From assembly GCA_965228895.1 (NCBI GenBank), contig OZ245842.1, positions 5,312,001 through 5,376,000 of the forward strand: 64,000 nucleotides of DNA. The letters run 5' to 3'. Under the pieces are notes generated by a model, which was not told the origin of the DNA, made no database searches, and saw only the letters and a program-made list of their open reading frames with translations. This document shows, piece after piece, positions 9,849 to 19,919 of the stretch (within the stretch, counting starts at the first letter, position 1; the number at the start of each line of letters is the position of its first letter). The stretch is from Alphaproteobacteria bacterium. GTDB lineage: Bacteria; Pseudomonadota; Alphaproteobacteria; SP197. The position numbers were made by a program, and so were the translations under genes.

Positions 9849-10880
9849 ATGACCGGCGACGTGCGTCCGATAAAACTCGCCTGTGAGAACGTTTGGAAGC
9901 TGTTCGGTCAGAACGCTGACGACGTCCTGCAGCGCACCGGCGGTTCGCCCGGCGACGCAGACCTTGCGGCCGCCGAGGTGATCGGCGCGGTGCGTGACGC
10001 GACGATCGCCGTGCGTGAAGGCGAGATCTTCATCATCATGGGACTGAGCGGCTCGGGCAAATCGACGCTGGTGCGCTGCATGTCGCGCCTGATCGAACCG
10101 ACCGCCGGACGGGTCCTTTTCGAAGACAGCAATTTGCTCGACATGAGCGAACGCGAGCTGATGGAACTCCGGCGCCATCGCATGGGCATGGTGTTCCAGC
10201 ACTTTGCGCTGCTGCCCCACCTGACCGTCCTGGGCAACGTCGCCTTTCCCCTGGAGATCCAGGGCATCGGCAAATCCGAACGTCAAGCCAAGGCGCTCGA
10301 GATGGTCGAACTGGTCGGTCTCAAAGGTCGCGAATACTATTACCCGCGCGAACTTTCCGGCGGTCAGCAACAGCGGGTCGGCATCGCGCGCTCGCTCGCC
10401 GTCGAACCGGAGATCTGGTTCCTGGACGAACCGTTCTCTGCCCTTGATCCCCTGATCCGCCGTGAGATGCAGGACGAGTTTCTGCGTCTGCAGAACGTGC
10501 TGCACAAGACGATCGTCTTCATCACCCACGACTTCGACGAAGCCATTCGCTTGGCCGACCGGATCGCCATTATGAAGGACGGCGCGATCATTCAGATCGG
10601 CGCGCCGGAGGAGCTCGTGACCGCGCCGGCGGATGACTACGTCGCCGAATTCACCCGCGACATTCCGCGCGCCAAAGTCTTGTCTGCCGGTGTGGTCGCG
10701 CGGCCTGGTCCCCACGGGGCAACCACGGTGCGGGCGGACGCGCGCATCGCCGAGGTCGCCGCGATGGTGTTCGAGACTGACGAACCGCTGGGCGTTCTCG
10801 ACGCCGACGGCAACATTGTCGGCGCGCTCGGACGCGATGCCGTGCTCGACGTTCTACTCGGCCGCGAGCTCGCGCCATGA
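9849..10880 (+). CDS. Betaine/proline ABC ATP-binding protein (ProV-like)
   Basis: MGLSGSGKST, MVFQHFALLPH, LSGGQQQRVG, DEPFSALDPLIR. Confidence 0.92.
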   Translation: MTGDVRPIKLACENVWKLFGQNADDVLQRTGGSPGDADLAAAEVIGAVRDATIAVREGEIFIIMGLSGSGKSTLVRCMSRLIEPTAGRVLFEDSNLLDMSERELMELRRHRMGMVFQHFALLPHLTVLGNVAFPLEIQGIGKSERQAKALEMVELVGLKGREYYYPRELSGGQQQRVGIARSLAVEPEIWFLDEPFSALDPLIRREMQDEFLRLQNVLHKTIVFITHDFDEAIRLADRIAIMKDGAIIQIGAPEELVTAPADDYVAEFTRDIPRAKVLSAGVVARPGPHGATTVRADARIAEVAAMVFETDEPLGVLDADGNIVGALGRDAVLDVLLGRELAP

Positions 10881-12883
10881 CGGACCTGGCGACCATCGGG
10901 CATGAGCCGCGCCGCGGCCTGACGACGAAAACCTGGGCCTGGCTGATCGTCGTCGTGTCGATCGTTGTTGTGGTGACGGCGGGCGAGGTGCCCGACTGGT
11001 CGATCGACTATCCGCGCGGCTGGATCTGGGATCTTCAGGGCTGGATCTCGGGCGCCATGAACTGGCTGATCAACGATGCGACGTTCGGCCTCTTCACGTT
11101 CAAGGAGTTCACACGGTCCATCGCCTGGCTGCTCGACTGGCTTCTGACCGCGGCCTACGGCTTCCTTGCCATGGGTTTCGAGATCCCCGACGGCTCCGGC
11201 GGCGTGCTGATGGTGCCGCGCATTTCGTGGATCGTGCTGATCGGCGCCCTTACCTTCTTTGCCTGGCGCGTCAGGGATCGCGGTCTCGCCGTTCTGGTTG
11301 GCCTGTGCTTCGGCTATCTCGCGGTGTTCGGCCAGTGGGACAGCGCCATGGTGACGCTGGCCTCGATCGTCATCGCCGTGCCTCTTGGCGCCGCGTTTGG
11401 TCTTCTGCTCGGCATCGCGGCCTACCGGCGGCCGTGGTTCGAGCGTGCGGTCACGCCGCTGCTCGATCTCATGCAGACGGTGCCGGTGTTCGCCTATCTT
11501 GTGCCGATCCTCTTCCTGTTCGGCTTCGGGCCGGTCGCCGCGATGATCGCGACGATGATCTACGCCATGCCGCCGATGGTGCGTATCACTATTTTGGCGC
11601 TGAAGCAGGTCCCCGACGAGATCAGCGAGTACGGCCGCATGGCCGGCTGCTCGTCGCGCCAGCACATCTGGAAGGTCATGGTGCCGGCGGCGAAGCCCGG
11701 CCTGATGGTGGGCTTGAACCAGGTGATCATGCTGTCACTGAACATGGTGATCATCGCCTCGATGATCGGTGCCGGCGGCCTGGGTTTCGACGTGCTGCAC
11801 GCGCTGCGGCGTTTGGCGATCGGCGAGGGCCTGGAAGCCGGTATCGCGATCACGCTGCTCGCCATCGCGCTCGACCGGCTGAGCCAGGCCTATGCCACCA
11901 AACCGCCGCCGCAACATGGCCAGGAACGGCCTGCGTCGTTTGTTCGGCGTCATCCCTATCTTCTGGCGGCCTTGGTTTTGATCGTTGGCTCGATGGCACT
12001 GGGTGCGGTTCTGCCCTTCGTCGAGGCCTATCCCGAGTCCTTGACGCTGACCACCGGCACCTTCTTCGACCGCATTGTCGAATGGATCAACATCCACCTC
12101 TTCGACTCGATCGAGGTCGTGAGGGCTTGGCTCCTGGTCAACGTCATGATCCCGATCAAACGTTTCCTGCTCGCCGTGCCCTGGCCGATCGTTCTGATCG
12201 TGATCGCCATGGCCGGTTGGCAGCTCGGTGCCTGGCGTTTGGCGCTGATCGTCGCCTGCCTGGCCGCCTTCATCCTGGTTACCGGCAACTGGGAAAAGGC
12301 GATGATCTCGGTTTACCTGACAGGCCTTTCCGTTGTCATCGCCTGCATGATCGGGTTTCCCGTTGGCGCCTGGGCGGCCAACAACGCGCGGGTCAACCGC
12401 GCCGTCCAGGTCGTCATCGATACGCTGCAGACGCTGCCGTCCTTCGTCTACCTGATCCCCGTCGTCATGCTGTTCAGGGTCGGTGAATTCTCGGCCATGA
12501 TCGCCATCGTCGCCTATGCCATCGCGCCGGCGACCCGCTACACCATCCATGGGTTGTCGCAGGTACCTGAGCACCTGATCGAAGCGGCGCGTGCGCAAGG
12601 CTGCAGCCGTGGTCAGATCCTGCGCAAGGTGCAGATCCCGCTGGCGTTGCCGGAGATCATGCTGGGCGTCAACCAGACGATCATGATGGCATTGTCCATG
12701 CTGGTGATCACCGCCCTGGTCGGCTCCCGCGACCTGGGCCAGGAAGTCTATATCGCGCTGACCAAGGCCGACACCGGACGCGGCATCGTCGCCGGCGTCT
12801 GCGTCGCCTTTATCGCCATGATCGCCGACCGCCTTATCTCGGCCTGGGCCCGTCGCCGCAAGCAGGAGCTGGGCCTTGCCTGA
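10877..12883 (+). CDS. Betaine/proline ABC permease with two fused ProW-like domains
   Basis: Two copies of D-x-(M/L)QT-x-P-x-F-x-YL-x-P and G(L/V)NQ-x-IM. Confidence 0.9.
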   Translation: MTDLATIGHEPRRGLTTKTWAWLIVVVSIVVVVTAGEVPDWSIDYPRGWIWDLQGWISGAMNWLINDATFGLFTFKEFTRSIAWLLDWLLTAAYGFLAMGFEIPDGSGGVLMVPRISWIVLIGALTFFAWRVRDRGLAVLVGLCFGYLAVFGQWDSAMVTLASIVIAVPLGAAFGLLLGIAAYRRPWFERAVTPLLDLMQTVPVFAYLVPILFLFGFGPVAAMIATMIYAMPPMVRITILALKQVPDEISEYGRMAGCSSRQHIWKVMVPAAKPGLMVGLNQVIMLSLNMVIIASMIGAGGLGFDVLHALRRLAIGEGLEAGIAITLLAIALDRLSQAYATKPPPQHGQERPASFVRRHPYLLAALVLIVGSMALGAVLPFVEAYPESLTLTTGTFFDRIVEWINIHLFDSIEVVRAWLLVNVMIPIKRFLLAVPWPIVLIVIAMAGWQLGAWRLALIVACLAAFILVTGNWEKAMISVYLTGLSVVIACMIGFPVGAWAANNARVNRAVQVVIDTLQTLPSFVYLIPVVMLFRVGEFSAMIAIVAYAIAPATRYTIHGLSQVPEHLIEAARAQGCSRGQILRKVQIPLALPEIMLGVNQTIMMALSMLVITALVGSRDLGQEVYIALTKADTGRGIVAGVCVAFIAMIADRLISAWARRRKQELGLA

Positions 12884-12905
12884 TGCCATGACCGAAGGAG
12901 ATGCC

Positions 12906-13787
12906 ATGTCCGACGAAGCACGCCAAAAAGCGGCGTCGCTGCCGATCTGGAAAGGGAAGGTCGACCCGGTCGCCTTGAGCGGCGGGATCACCAACGTCAA
13001 CTTCAAGGTGGTCGACGGAGACGAGGCCTTCGTCGTCAGGATCGGCGGCAACATTCCCGAACACGGTATCCGGCGCACCGCCGAAATCGCCTGCGCCCAG
13101 GCTGCCCACGCCGCCGGCGTCGCGCCCGAACTCGTGCATACGGAGAAGGGCGTCATCGTCACCCGCTTCATCGACGGGCACACCTATGGCGAGGAGGACG
13201 TGCGTGACCAGGCGAACCTGGAACGCCTGCTGCCGGTCATCAAACGTCTGCACCGCGCGACGCCGGAGTATCTGCGCGGGCGTGCGCCGATGTTCTGGGT
13301 GTTTCATTCCCTGCGCGACTATTTCGGTCGCATGGCCGACGAGAACCACCGCTTGCTGGGGGAGGTTCCGCGCTACCGCGAGATCGCCGGCGAACTGGAG
13401 ACGGCCGTCGATCGTGTGAAGCTGATCTTCGGCCACAACGATCTGTTGCCCGCCAACTTCATCGACGACGGCGAGCGCATCTGGATCATCGATTGGGAAT
13501 TCGCCGGCTTTAACAGTGCGCTGTTCGACTTGGGCGGGTTGGCGTCGAACAACCAGCTCTCCGTCGGTCAGGAACGTTGGCTTCTGGAAGAGTACTACGA
13601 GACGCCCTTGGGCGATCGACAATGGTGGCGCTATGGCGCGATGAAATGCGCATCGCTGCTGCGCGAAGCAGCCTGGAGCATGACCCAGGAGCATCATTCC
13701 GCCCTCGACATCGACTATGTCGCCTATACGGCGGAAAACCTGGCGCGCTTCGAGCGCGCCTATGCCGCGTGGCGGGACGAGACATGA
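12906..13787 (+). CDS. Choline/ethanolamine kinase-like phosphotransferase
   Basis: LSGGITNVNF, GHNDLLPANF (Brenner motif), IIDWEFAG; GAAGGAG RBS. Confidence 0.88.
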   Translation: MSDEARQKAASLPIWKGKVDPVALSGGITNVNFKVVDGDEAFVVRIGGNIPEHGIRRTAEIACAQAAHAAGVAPELVHTEKGVIVTRFIDGHTYGEEDVRDQANLERLLPVIKRLHRATPEYLRGRAPMFWVFHSLRDYFGRMADENHRLLGEVPRYREIAGELETAVDRVKLIFGHNDLLPANFIDDGERIWIIDWEFAGFNSALFDLGGLASNNQLSVGQERWLLEEYYETPLGDRQWWRYGAMKCASLLREAAWSMTQEHHSALDIDYVAYTAENLARFERAYAAWRDET

Positions 13788-16228
13788 GCACGCCACCGAC
13801 ACAGGCCCGGGTCGTTATCATCGGCGGCGGCATCATCGGCTGTTCGACCGCCTATCATCTGGCGAAGAACGGTTGGACCGACGTTGTCCTTCTGGAACGC
13901 GCCAAGCTGACCAGCGGCTCGACCTGGCACGCGGCCGGGCTGGTCGGTCAGCTCAGGTCCAGCGCCAACATTACCCAACTCCTGAAATACAGCGTTGAAC
14001 TCTACGACACGCTTGAAGCAGAGACGGGCCAGGCCACCGGTTGGAAGATGAACGGCGGGTTGCGGCTCGCCTGCAACGCCGACCGGCTCATCGAAATCAA
14101 ACGCCAGGCGACCATGGCGCGCAGCTTCGGGCTGGAGATGCACCTGCTGTCGCCGGCGGAGGCCGCGGCCATGTGGCCGATCATGGACGCCTCTGACCTG
14201 GTCGGCGCGGCCTTCCTGCCGACCGACGGTCAGGCCAACCCGTCTGATACCGCCCAGGCATTGGCGCGCGGCGCGCGCAACGCGGGCGTCAGGATCGTCG
14301 AAGACTGTCCGGTCGACTCAATTCAGGTGAAAGACGGCCGCGTGACGGGCGTGACGACGCGCGAGGGCGCAATCGCCTGTGACGTCGTCGTCAACTGTGC
14401 GGGCCAATGGGCGCGCGATGTCGGCCGGCTCGCCGGGGTCAACGTGCCGCTGTGTTCCATGCAGCACCAGTACATGATCACCGAAAAAGTCGAGGGCGTG
14501 GCGCCCGATATGCCGACGCTGCGCGATCCCGACCGCCTGATCTATTTCAAGGAAGATGTCGGCGGCCTCGTCATGGGCGGCTACGAGTTCAATCCCAAAC
14601 CATGGGCCGAGGACGGCATTCCCGACGGCTTCGAGTTTTCGTTGTTGGATAGCGATTGGGGTCACTTCGGCCAGCTCATGGAACAGGCGCTGGCGCGCGT
14701 GCCGGCGCTCGGCAAGGCCGGCGTCAAGCAACTCTTGAACGGGCCGGAGAGTTTTACGCCGGACGGCAACTTCATTCTGGGCGAATCGCCGGAGGTCGGC
14801 GGCTTCTTCGTCGGCGCCGGCTTTAACGCCTTCGGCATTGCTAGCGCTGGCGGTGCCGGGCGGGCGCTGGCCGAATGGATCGTCGGCGGCGCCGCGCCAA
14901 TGGATCTGGGCGCGGTCGATATCCTGCGCTTCGGGCCGCCCCACCACGACATCGACTGGGTGCGCGCCCGCACGGTCGAGGCGTGCGCCAAGCATTACAC
15001 GATGGGTTGGCCGCACGAGGAGGCAAGCGCCGGGCGGCCGAACCGTGTCTCGCCGCTCTATGACCGTCTGAAGGACGCGGGCGCGTGCTTTGGCTCGAAG
15101 CTCGGTTGGGAACGGCCCAATTGGTTCGCCGAACCCGGTGAGAAACCCGAAGACGTCTATTCGTTCGGCCGGCAAAACTGGTTCGACGCGGTCGGTGCCG
15201 AACACCAGGCCTGCCGTGAAGCGGCCGCGTTGTTCGATGCCTCGTCGTTCGCCAAGTTCCTGGTGACCGGCCCGGATGCGGAACGCGCGCTCGGCTGGAT
15301 CTGCAGCAACGATGTCTCGGGTCCGCCGGGCAAGGTGACGTACACCCAGATGCTCAACGACCACGGCGGCATCGAATGCGATCTGACCGTCAGCCGACTT
15401 GACGAATCGACCTACTACATCGTGACCGGCACCGGGTTCGCGACCCACGATGCCGACTGGATCCGCCGCAACATCCCCGACGATGCCGATGCGGCACTGA
15501 CGGAAATCACCGACGACATGGCCGTCCTGACGTTGATGGGCCCCAAGGCGCGCGACGTGCTGGGCGCGGTCACCGAGAGCGACCTCGGCAACGAGGCCTT
15601 CCCGTTCGGCCGCTGCCAGGAGATCACGATCGTAGGCCGCGTGGTGCGCGCCATCCGCGTCACCTATGTCGGCGAACTCGGCTGGGAACTGCACATGCCG
15701 GTCGAAGCCGCGCCGGAGGTGTTCGACGCGCTGGTCGCGGCAGGTGAGCCTCACGGTCTGCGCCTTGCCGGGTACCGCGCGATCGAGAGCCTGCGCCTGG
15801 AGAAAGGTTATCGCGCCTGGGGCAGCGATATCGGCCCGGACTATACGCCGGTCGAGGCGGGCATGACCTGGGCGATCAAACTCAAGAGCAACACGGACTT
15901 CCGAGGCCGCGATGCGGTCACGCGCCAGGCCGAGAACGGCATCGCTAAACGGCTCGCCTGCTTCACCGTCGATGACCCGGATATCGTGCTGCTGGGCCGC
16001 GAGACCATCTATCGCAACGGCGAGCGCGTCGGCTGGCTCTCCAGTGGCGGGTGGGGGCACACGGTCGGCACCAATATCGGCTACGGCTACGTGCGCAACG
16101 CGGACGGTGTTGACAAGGCGTTCCTGGAAACTGGCGACTATCAGCTTGAAGTCGCGACCGAGATGGTGCCGGCCAAACTGCACATGGCCGCACTCTACGA
16201 CCCCAAGAACACCCGGGTTAAGGGCTGA
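13784..16228 (+). CDS. Dimethylglycine dehydrogenase-like FAD oxidoreductase with GcvT folate-binding domain
   Basis: IGGGIIG, TSGSTWHAAG, NGPESFTPDG, GWERPNWF, YVGELGWELH, SLRLEKGY; ATGA-coupled to the kinase. Confidence 0.92.
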   Translation: MSTPPTQARVVIIGGGIIGCSTAYHLAKNGWTDVVLLERAKLTSGSTWHAAGLVGQLRSSANITQLLKYSVELYDTLEAETGQATGWKMNGGLRLACNADRLIEIKRQATMARSFGLEMHLLSPAEAAAMWPIMDASDLVGAAFLPTDGQANPSDTAQALARGARNAGVRIVEDCPVDSIQVKDGRVTGVTTREGAIACDVVVNCAGQWARDVGRLAGVNVPLCSMQHQYMITEKVEGVAPDMPTLRDPDRLIYFKEDVGGLVMGGYEFNPKPWAEDGIPDGFEFSLLDSDWGHFGQLMEQALARVPALGKAGVKQLLNGPESFTPDGNFILGESPEVGGFFVGAGFNAFGIASAGGAGRALAEWIVGGAAPMDLGAVDILRFGPPHHDIDWVRARTVEACAKHYTMGWPHEEASAGRPNRVSPLYDRLKDAGACFGSKLGWERPNWFAEPGEKPEDVYSFGRQNWFDAVGAEHQACREAAALFDASSFAKFLVTGPDAERALGWICSNDVSGPPGKVTYTQMLNDHGGIECDLTVSRLDESTYYIVTGTGFATHDADWIRRNIPDDADAALTEITDDMAVLTLMGPKARDVLGAVTESDLGNEAFPFGRCQEITIVGRVVRAIRVTYVGELGWELHMPVEAAPEVFDALVAAGEPHGLRLAGYRAIESLRLEKGYRAWGSDIGPDYTPVEAGMTWAIKLKSNTDFRGRDAVTRQAENGIAKRLACFTVDDPDIVLLGRETIYRNGERVGWLSSGGWGHTVGTNIGYGYVRNADGVDKAFLETGDYQLEVATEMVPAKLHMAALYDPKNTRVKG

Positions 16229-16236
16229 CCCCGCAG

Positions 16237-17067
16237 CTAACGGTCCGCGGATTTGCCGGTTGAAAGATCGCCTCTGAGCGAGCGGATCTCTTCGCGTAAT
16301 GTGCTGATGTCATGGCGCAACTGCTCGCGTTCGGCATGCGCCTGGTCTTCGGCCTCGCGCGCCATCACGTCCTGTTCCTCCAGATGCAGCCGCTGCATGG
16401 AGTCGACGATGACGGCGATAAAGAGGTTCAGGACCGTGAAGCTGGCAATCAGGATGAACGAGACGAAGAACGCCCAGGCCCAGGGATAGACCTCCATCAC
16501 GGGCCTGACGATGCCCATCGACCAGCTTTCCAGCGTCATGATCTGGAACAGCGAATACATCGACCGGCCGATGGTGCCGAACCAGGCGTCGAACTCGCCG
16601 CCGAAGAGTTTCGTCGCCATCACCGCGAAGACATAGAACAGCAGCATCATGAGAAGCGCGATCGAACCCATGCCGGGTATCGCGCGCAACAGCGTCTCGA
16701 CCACCCGGCGCAGCCGGGGCATGGTCGAAACCAGACGCAGCACCCGCAGGACGCGGAGCGCGCGTAAGACGGAAAAGGCGCCGCTTTCGGGCATCAACGC
16801 GACACCGACGATGATCGTATCGAACAGGCTCCAGGGATCGCGCCAGAACGCCTTGCCGTGGGCGATCATGCGTAGCGCGAGTTCGACGACGAAGACGGCC
16901 AGGATGATCTCATCGAGGGCGTAGATCAGACCGCCCCAATGGGTCATGACGGTCGGTACCGTCTCAAGACCCAGCAACACCGCGTTCAGCACGATGATGC
17001 CGGTGATGCCGCCCGTGAAATAGGGGTGGTCGACCAGGCCGGCCACCCGAAGTCGCCATGATGTCAT
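16237..17067 (-). CDS. Bacterial voltage-gated sodium channel (BacNav/NavAb type)
   Basis: Six TM; S4 LRALRVLRVLRLV; filter FQIMTLESWSMG; LNLFIAVIV; C-terminal coiled coil. Confidence 0.92.
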   Translation of the reverse strand: MTSWRLRVAGLVDHPYFTGGITGIIVLNAVLLGLETVPTVMTHWGGLIYALDEIILAVFVVELALRMIAHGKAFWRDPWSLFDTIIVGVALMPESGAFSVLRALRVLRVLRLVSTMPRLRRVVETLLRAIPGMGSIALLMMLLFYVFAVMATKLFGGEFDAWFGTIGRSMYSLFQIMTLESWSMGIVRPVMEVYPWAWAFFVSFILIASFTVLNLFIAVIVDSMQRLHLEEQDVMAREAEDQAHAEREQLRHDISTLREEIRSLRGDLSTGKSADR

Positions 17068-17151
17068 GCGGGCTGTACTCTCGTCGGGATCACGCTTGCC
17101 TAGCTATATGTGAAGTGGGCCAAGCCTTTGAAGAGGTTTGGCCGGCGTGTC

Positions 17152-17961
17152 CTACCGGTTTTTGACATGGGTGCCCAAGAAGTCGATGACGGCCATCGCC
17201 GCGCCGTGATCATAGAGGTCGTTATGGTTGCCGTTGGGCGCCTGCCAGTAGGTCTTGGGCTCTGCGGCGGCATCAAACAGCTCTCGGCCGAGCTTGGCCG
17301 GGACCACGCCGTCATCGTCGCCATGCAGGATCAACAGCGGCGCATCGATCCGGCCGATGCGATCTTCCGAATCATAGCGGTCCAGCACCAGCCATCGGGC
17401 CATCGGGACATACCAGTAGTGGGTCGCCGCAACATCGGCGATCGAGGTGAACGGCGCCTCCAGAACCACGGCGGCGACCGGATGGCGCACCGCCATCTCA
17501 ACGGCGACCGCCGTGCCCAGGGATTCGCCATAGGCAATGACCTCTTCTGGTGCGACGCCGCGCTCGGCCAGGTAGGCAAAACCCGCATCGGCGTCCAGGT
17601 AAAGGCCCTCCTCGGTCGGTTTGCCGGGATTGCCACCGAACCCCCGGTACTCGACCAGCAGCAGGCCGTAGCCGGCTTCCGCCAGTTCGGCGAGCTTGCC
17701 CGTGCGATGGCCAATATGGCCGGCATTGCCGTGGGTAACGACAAAGGTCTGATGGCCATCGGATGCCGGTAGATACCACGCCATGAGATCCAGGCCGTCA
17801 TCGGTTGTCAGCACCACCTCTTCAAATCCGGCGATCTGGGACAGGGTGAGGTCGGGCAGGTCGTCGCCGGGGTGGTACATCATGTGCCGCTGGGCGACGA
17901 ACATGCCGCCCACGAAAATCCCGTAGCCGGCAACGGCAGCGGCGGCTAGGCGCCAGGGCAT
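17152..17961 (-). CDS. Alpha/beta hydrolase (ABHD13/Bem46-like)
   Basis: HGNAG, EYRGFG, GESLG, HGDDDGVVP, GNHND. Confidence 0.88.
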   Translation of the reverse strand: MPWRLAAAAVAGYGIFVGGMFVAQRHMMYHPGDDLPDLTLSQIAGFEEVVLTTDDGLDLMAWYLPASDGHQTFVVTHGNAGHIGHRTGKLAELAEAGYGLLLVEYRGFGGNPGKPTEEGLYLDADAGFAYLAERGVAPEEVIAYGESLGTAVAVEMAVRHPVAAVVLEAPFTSIADVAATHYWYVPMARWLVLDRYDSEDRIGRIDAPLLILHGDDDGVVPAKLGRELFDAAAEPKTYWQAPNGNHNDLYDHGAAMAVIDFLGTHVKNR

Positions 17962-18008
17962 GGGCGTCTCATCGTCGGTTTCATCGGATTAGCGGGTTCC
18001 TTTCCGGC

Positions 18009-18143
18009 TAGAGCAGATCCCATTTTGATCGAATCGCTACGCGATGAGATCAAAATGGGATCTGCTCTCCTTCTTTGATATCGATCGGATTCACACGATG
18101 TGATCCAACCACCTTGATTGAATCACATCGTGATCCGATCTAG
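18009..18143. repeat. Twin-hairpin intergenic element, copy 2
   Basis: TAGAGCAG-ATCCCATTTTGATC..ATCGC-tac-GCGAT..GATCAAAATGGGAT-CTGCTCT; GATCGGATTCA-CACGATGTGAT...ATCACATCGTG-ATCCGATCTAG. Confidence 0.85.
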
Positions 18144-18201
18144 AGCGGGCCGATATGTAGACGACCATGCATGGGATGTCAGGCAAAACAGGCAGTTAAC
18201 G

Positions 18202-18933
18202 TTGAACTGGGAAAATCCGGAAAACGGCCCTGACAAGGGCGATAAAGGGCGTCAACGCGGCCGCTGGTGGCCGTGGATCCTGCTCGGCCTTGGCGCCGGC
18301 GCGGTGGTCCTGGTCGCCGACACGGTGGCTGGTCAGGACGCGCTCAGACTGGTCTATCTGGGATTGCTTCTGGTGTTTGTCGGCGCCGGCGCCTGGTGGG
18401 CCTTTATGCGCGGGAACCTCTCGCGCAGCCTGCGCCATGCGGCCGTATGGACAGCCATTGGTCTGGTTCTGGCCGTTGGCTACAGCCTCCGTGATCAGGT
18501 GCAGTTCATCACCGACCGGGTCATTGCCGACCACGTCCCAGGCTACGGTTTCGACGCCGACGACAACCAAGTCAGTTTCCGCTTGGGGCCCGATGGGCAC
18601 TTCCATGTCACTGCCCTGGTCGACGGCGTGGAGGTCCTGTTCCTTGTCGATACCGGCGCCAGCAATGTCGTCCTGACGGAAGATGACGCCCGGCGCCTGG
18701 GCTTCGATCCGGCTCGTCTCAACTACAGCCAAGTCTTCAGCACCGCCAACGGGCTCGTCCGTGGTGCGCCCGTCCGTCTTGACCGCGTCACTATCGGTCC
18801 GGTGTCGGTGACGAACGTGCAGGCGTCGGTCAACGAGGTGTCGATGGACCGCTCCCTGCTCGGCATGTCGTTCCTGAGCCGTATCGGCGGTTATCAAGTG
18901 CGCGGTGAGGTGCTGACGCTGATGGCGCGGTAG
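18202..18933 (+). CDS. Clan AA aspartic protease (TIGR02281 family), membrane-anchored
   Basis: DGHF, FLVDTGAS, TANG, SLLGMSFL; start uncertain (TTG 18202 chosen). Confidence 0.85.
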   Translation: MNWENPENGPDKGDKGRQRGRWWPWILLGLGAGAVVLVADTVAGQDALRLVYLGLLLVFVGAGAWWAFMRGNLSRSLRHAAVWTAIGLVLAVGYSLRDQVQFITDRVIADHVPGYGFDADDNQVSFRLGPDGHFHVTALVDGVEVLFLVDTGASNVVLTEDDARRLGFDPARLNYSQVFSTANGLVRGAPVRLDRVTIGPVSVTNVQASVNEVSMDRSLLGMSFLSRIGGYQVRGEVLTLMAR

Positions 18934-18983
18934 CGTTTACGGCTTTGTTGGCCGGCGCCGATTGGCTACGCTCCAGACAAAGA

Positions 18984-19013
18984 AAGGGCCCGGCTGTTGC
19001 CCGCCGGGCCCTT
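18984..19013 (-). terminator. Intrinsic terminator after yccA, possibly bidirectional
   Basis: AAGGGCCCGGC-8nt-GCCGGGCCCTT between convergent genes, T-rich tail on the minus strand. Confidence 0.7.
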
Positions 19014-19034
19014 CGATCCTGTTGGCGACAAGCC

Positions 19035-19790
19035 TTAACGGTTGTTGCCCAGAAGCTGCATCAGCATGATGAACAGGTTGATGAAGTCGAGATAGAGGCG
19101 CAAGGCGCCGTGGACGGCGGTCTTGGTCGTCATCTCGCTGTCCATGCTCGCGCTGTAGGTCTCCTTGATCCGCTGCGTGTCATAGGCCGTCAAGCCAACA
19201 AACACGATTACACCGACCGCGGAGATGATGAACTGGAGCATCGAACTCGCCAGGAAGATGTTCACCACCATCGCGATGATGATGCCGATCAGGCCCATGA
19301 ACAGGAACGAGCCCCATGCCGCCAGCGACCGCTTCGTCGTGTAGCCATAAAGGCTCATCGCGCCGAAGGTCGCCGCGGTGATGAAGAACACCCGCGCGAT
19401 GCTCTCGGTCGTAAAGGCGATGAAGATGGTCGATAGCGACACACCCATTAGCGCCGCGAAAGCCCAGAAGACCATCTGTGCCGACGCTGCCGACATCTTG
19501 TGAATGCGGAACGAGAAGTAGAACACCAAAGCCAGCGGCGCCAGCATGACAACCCACTGAAGCGGACTGCCGAACAGGGTCGCGCCAAACGACGTCAGCC
19601 CGACGATTTCGCCGGACGAACCCGTGACTACGGACATCTGCGCCACCAGATAGGCCAGCACGCCCGTGATAACGAGGCCGCTGCCCATATAGTTGTAGAC
19701 GCGCAGCATGTAGGCGCGCAGACCCTCATCGTAGGCGGCGGTGGTCTGTGTACGGGCCGCAGTGCGCGGATTTGAGCTGCCAAAGGCCAT
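19035..19790 (-). CDS. yccA: Bax inhibitor-1/YccA family membrane protein
   Basis: DEGLRAYMLRVYNYM, GYTTKRSL, AYDTQRIK, ALRLYLDFINLF. Confidence 0.92.
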   Translation of the reverse strand: MAFGSSNPRTAARTQTTAAYDEGLRAYMLRVYNYMGSGLVITGVLAYLVAQMSVVTGSSGEIVGLTSFGATLFGSPLQWVVMLAPLALVFYFSFRIHKMSAASAQMVFWAFAALMGVSLSTIFIAFTTESIARVFFITAATFGAMSLYGYTTKRSLAAWGSFLFMGLIGIIIAMVVNIFLASSMLQFIISAVGVIVFVGLTAYDTQRIKETYSASMDSEMTTKTAVHGALRLYLDFINLFIMLMQLLGNNR

Positions 19791-19853
19791 ATTTGGTTCC
19801 CTCTAGGTAGAACTCATGCGGAACGGTAAGCACATCACCGTACCATTCCATGG

Positions 19854-19884
19854 ATATTTGGGGAACCTGAGAGGCGGAATCAAG
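19854..19884 (-). promoter_or_regulatory. Possible RpoH-type promoter for yccA
   Basis: Minus strand CTTG-N18-CCCAAATAT resembles the alphaproteobacterial sigma32 consensus. Confidence 0.3.
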
Positions 19885-19919
19885 CGTTCAAGACCCGTCC
19901 AAATCTAGGGTTTTTCGTC

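Noticed and set aside
13577-13783. Extended N-terminus of the DMGDH-like ORF
   Set aside because: Overlaps the kinase; the ATGA-coupled start at 13784 directly precedes the FAD motif.
18118-18201. N-terminal extensions of the protease ORF (from 18118) and the GFA ORF (from 50121)
   Set aside because: These starts fall inside the twin-hairpin repeats; family motifs begin downstream.
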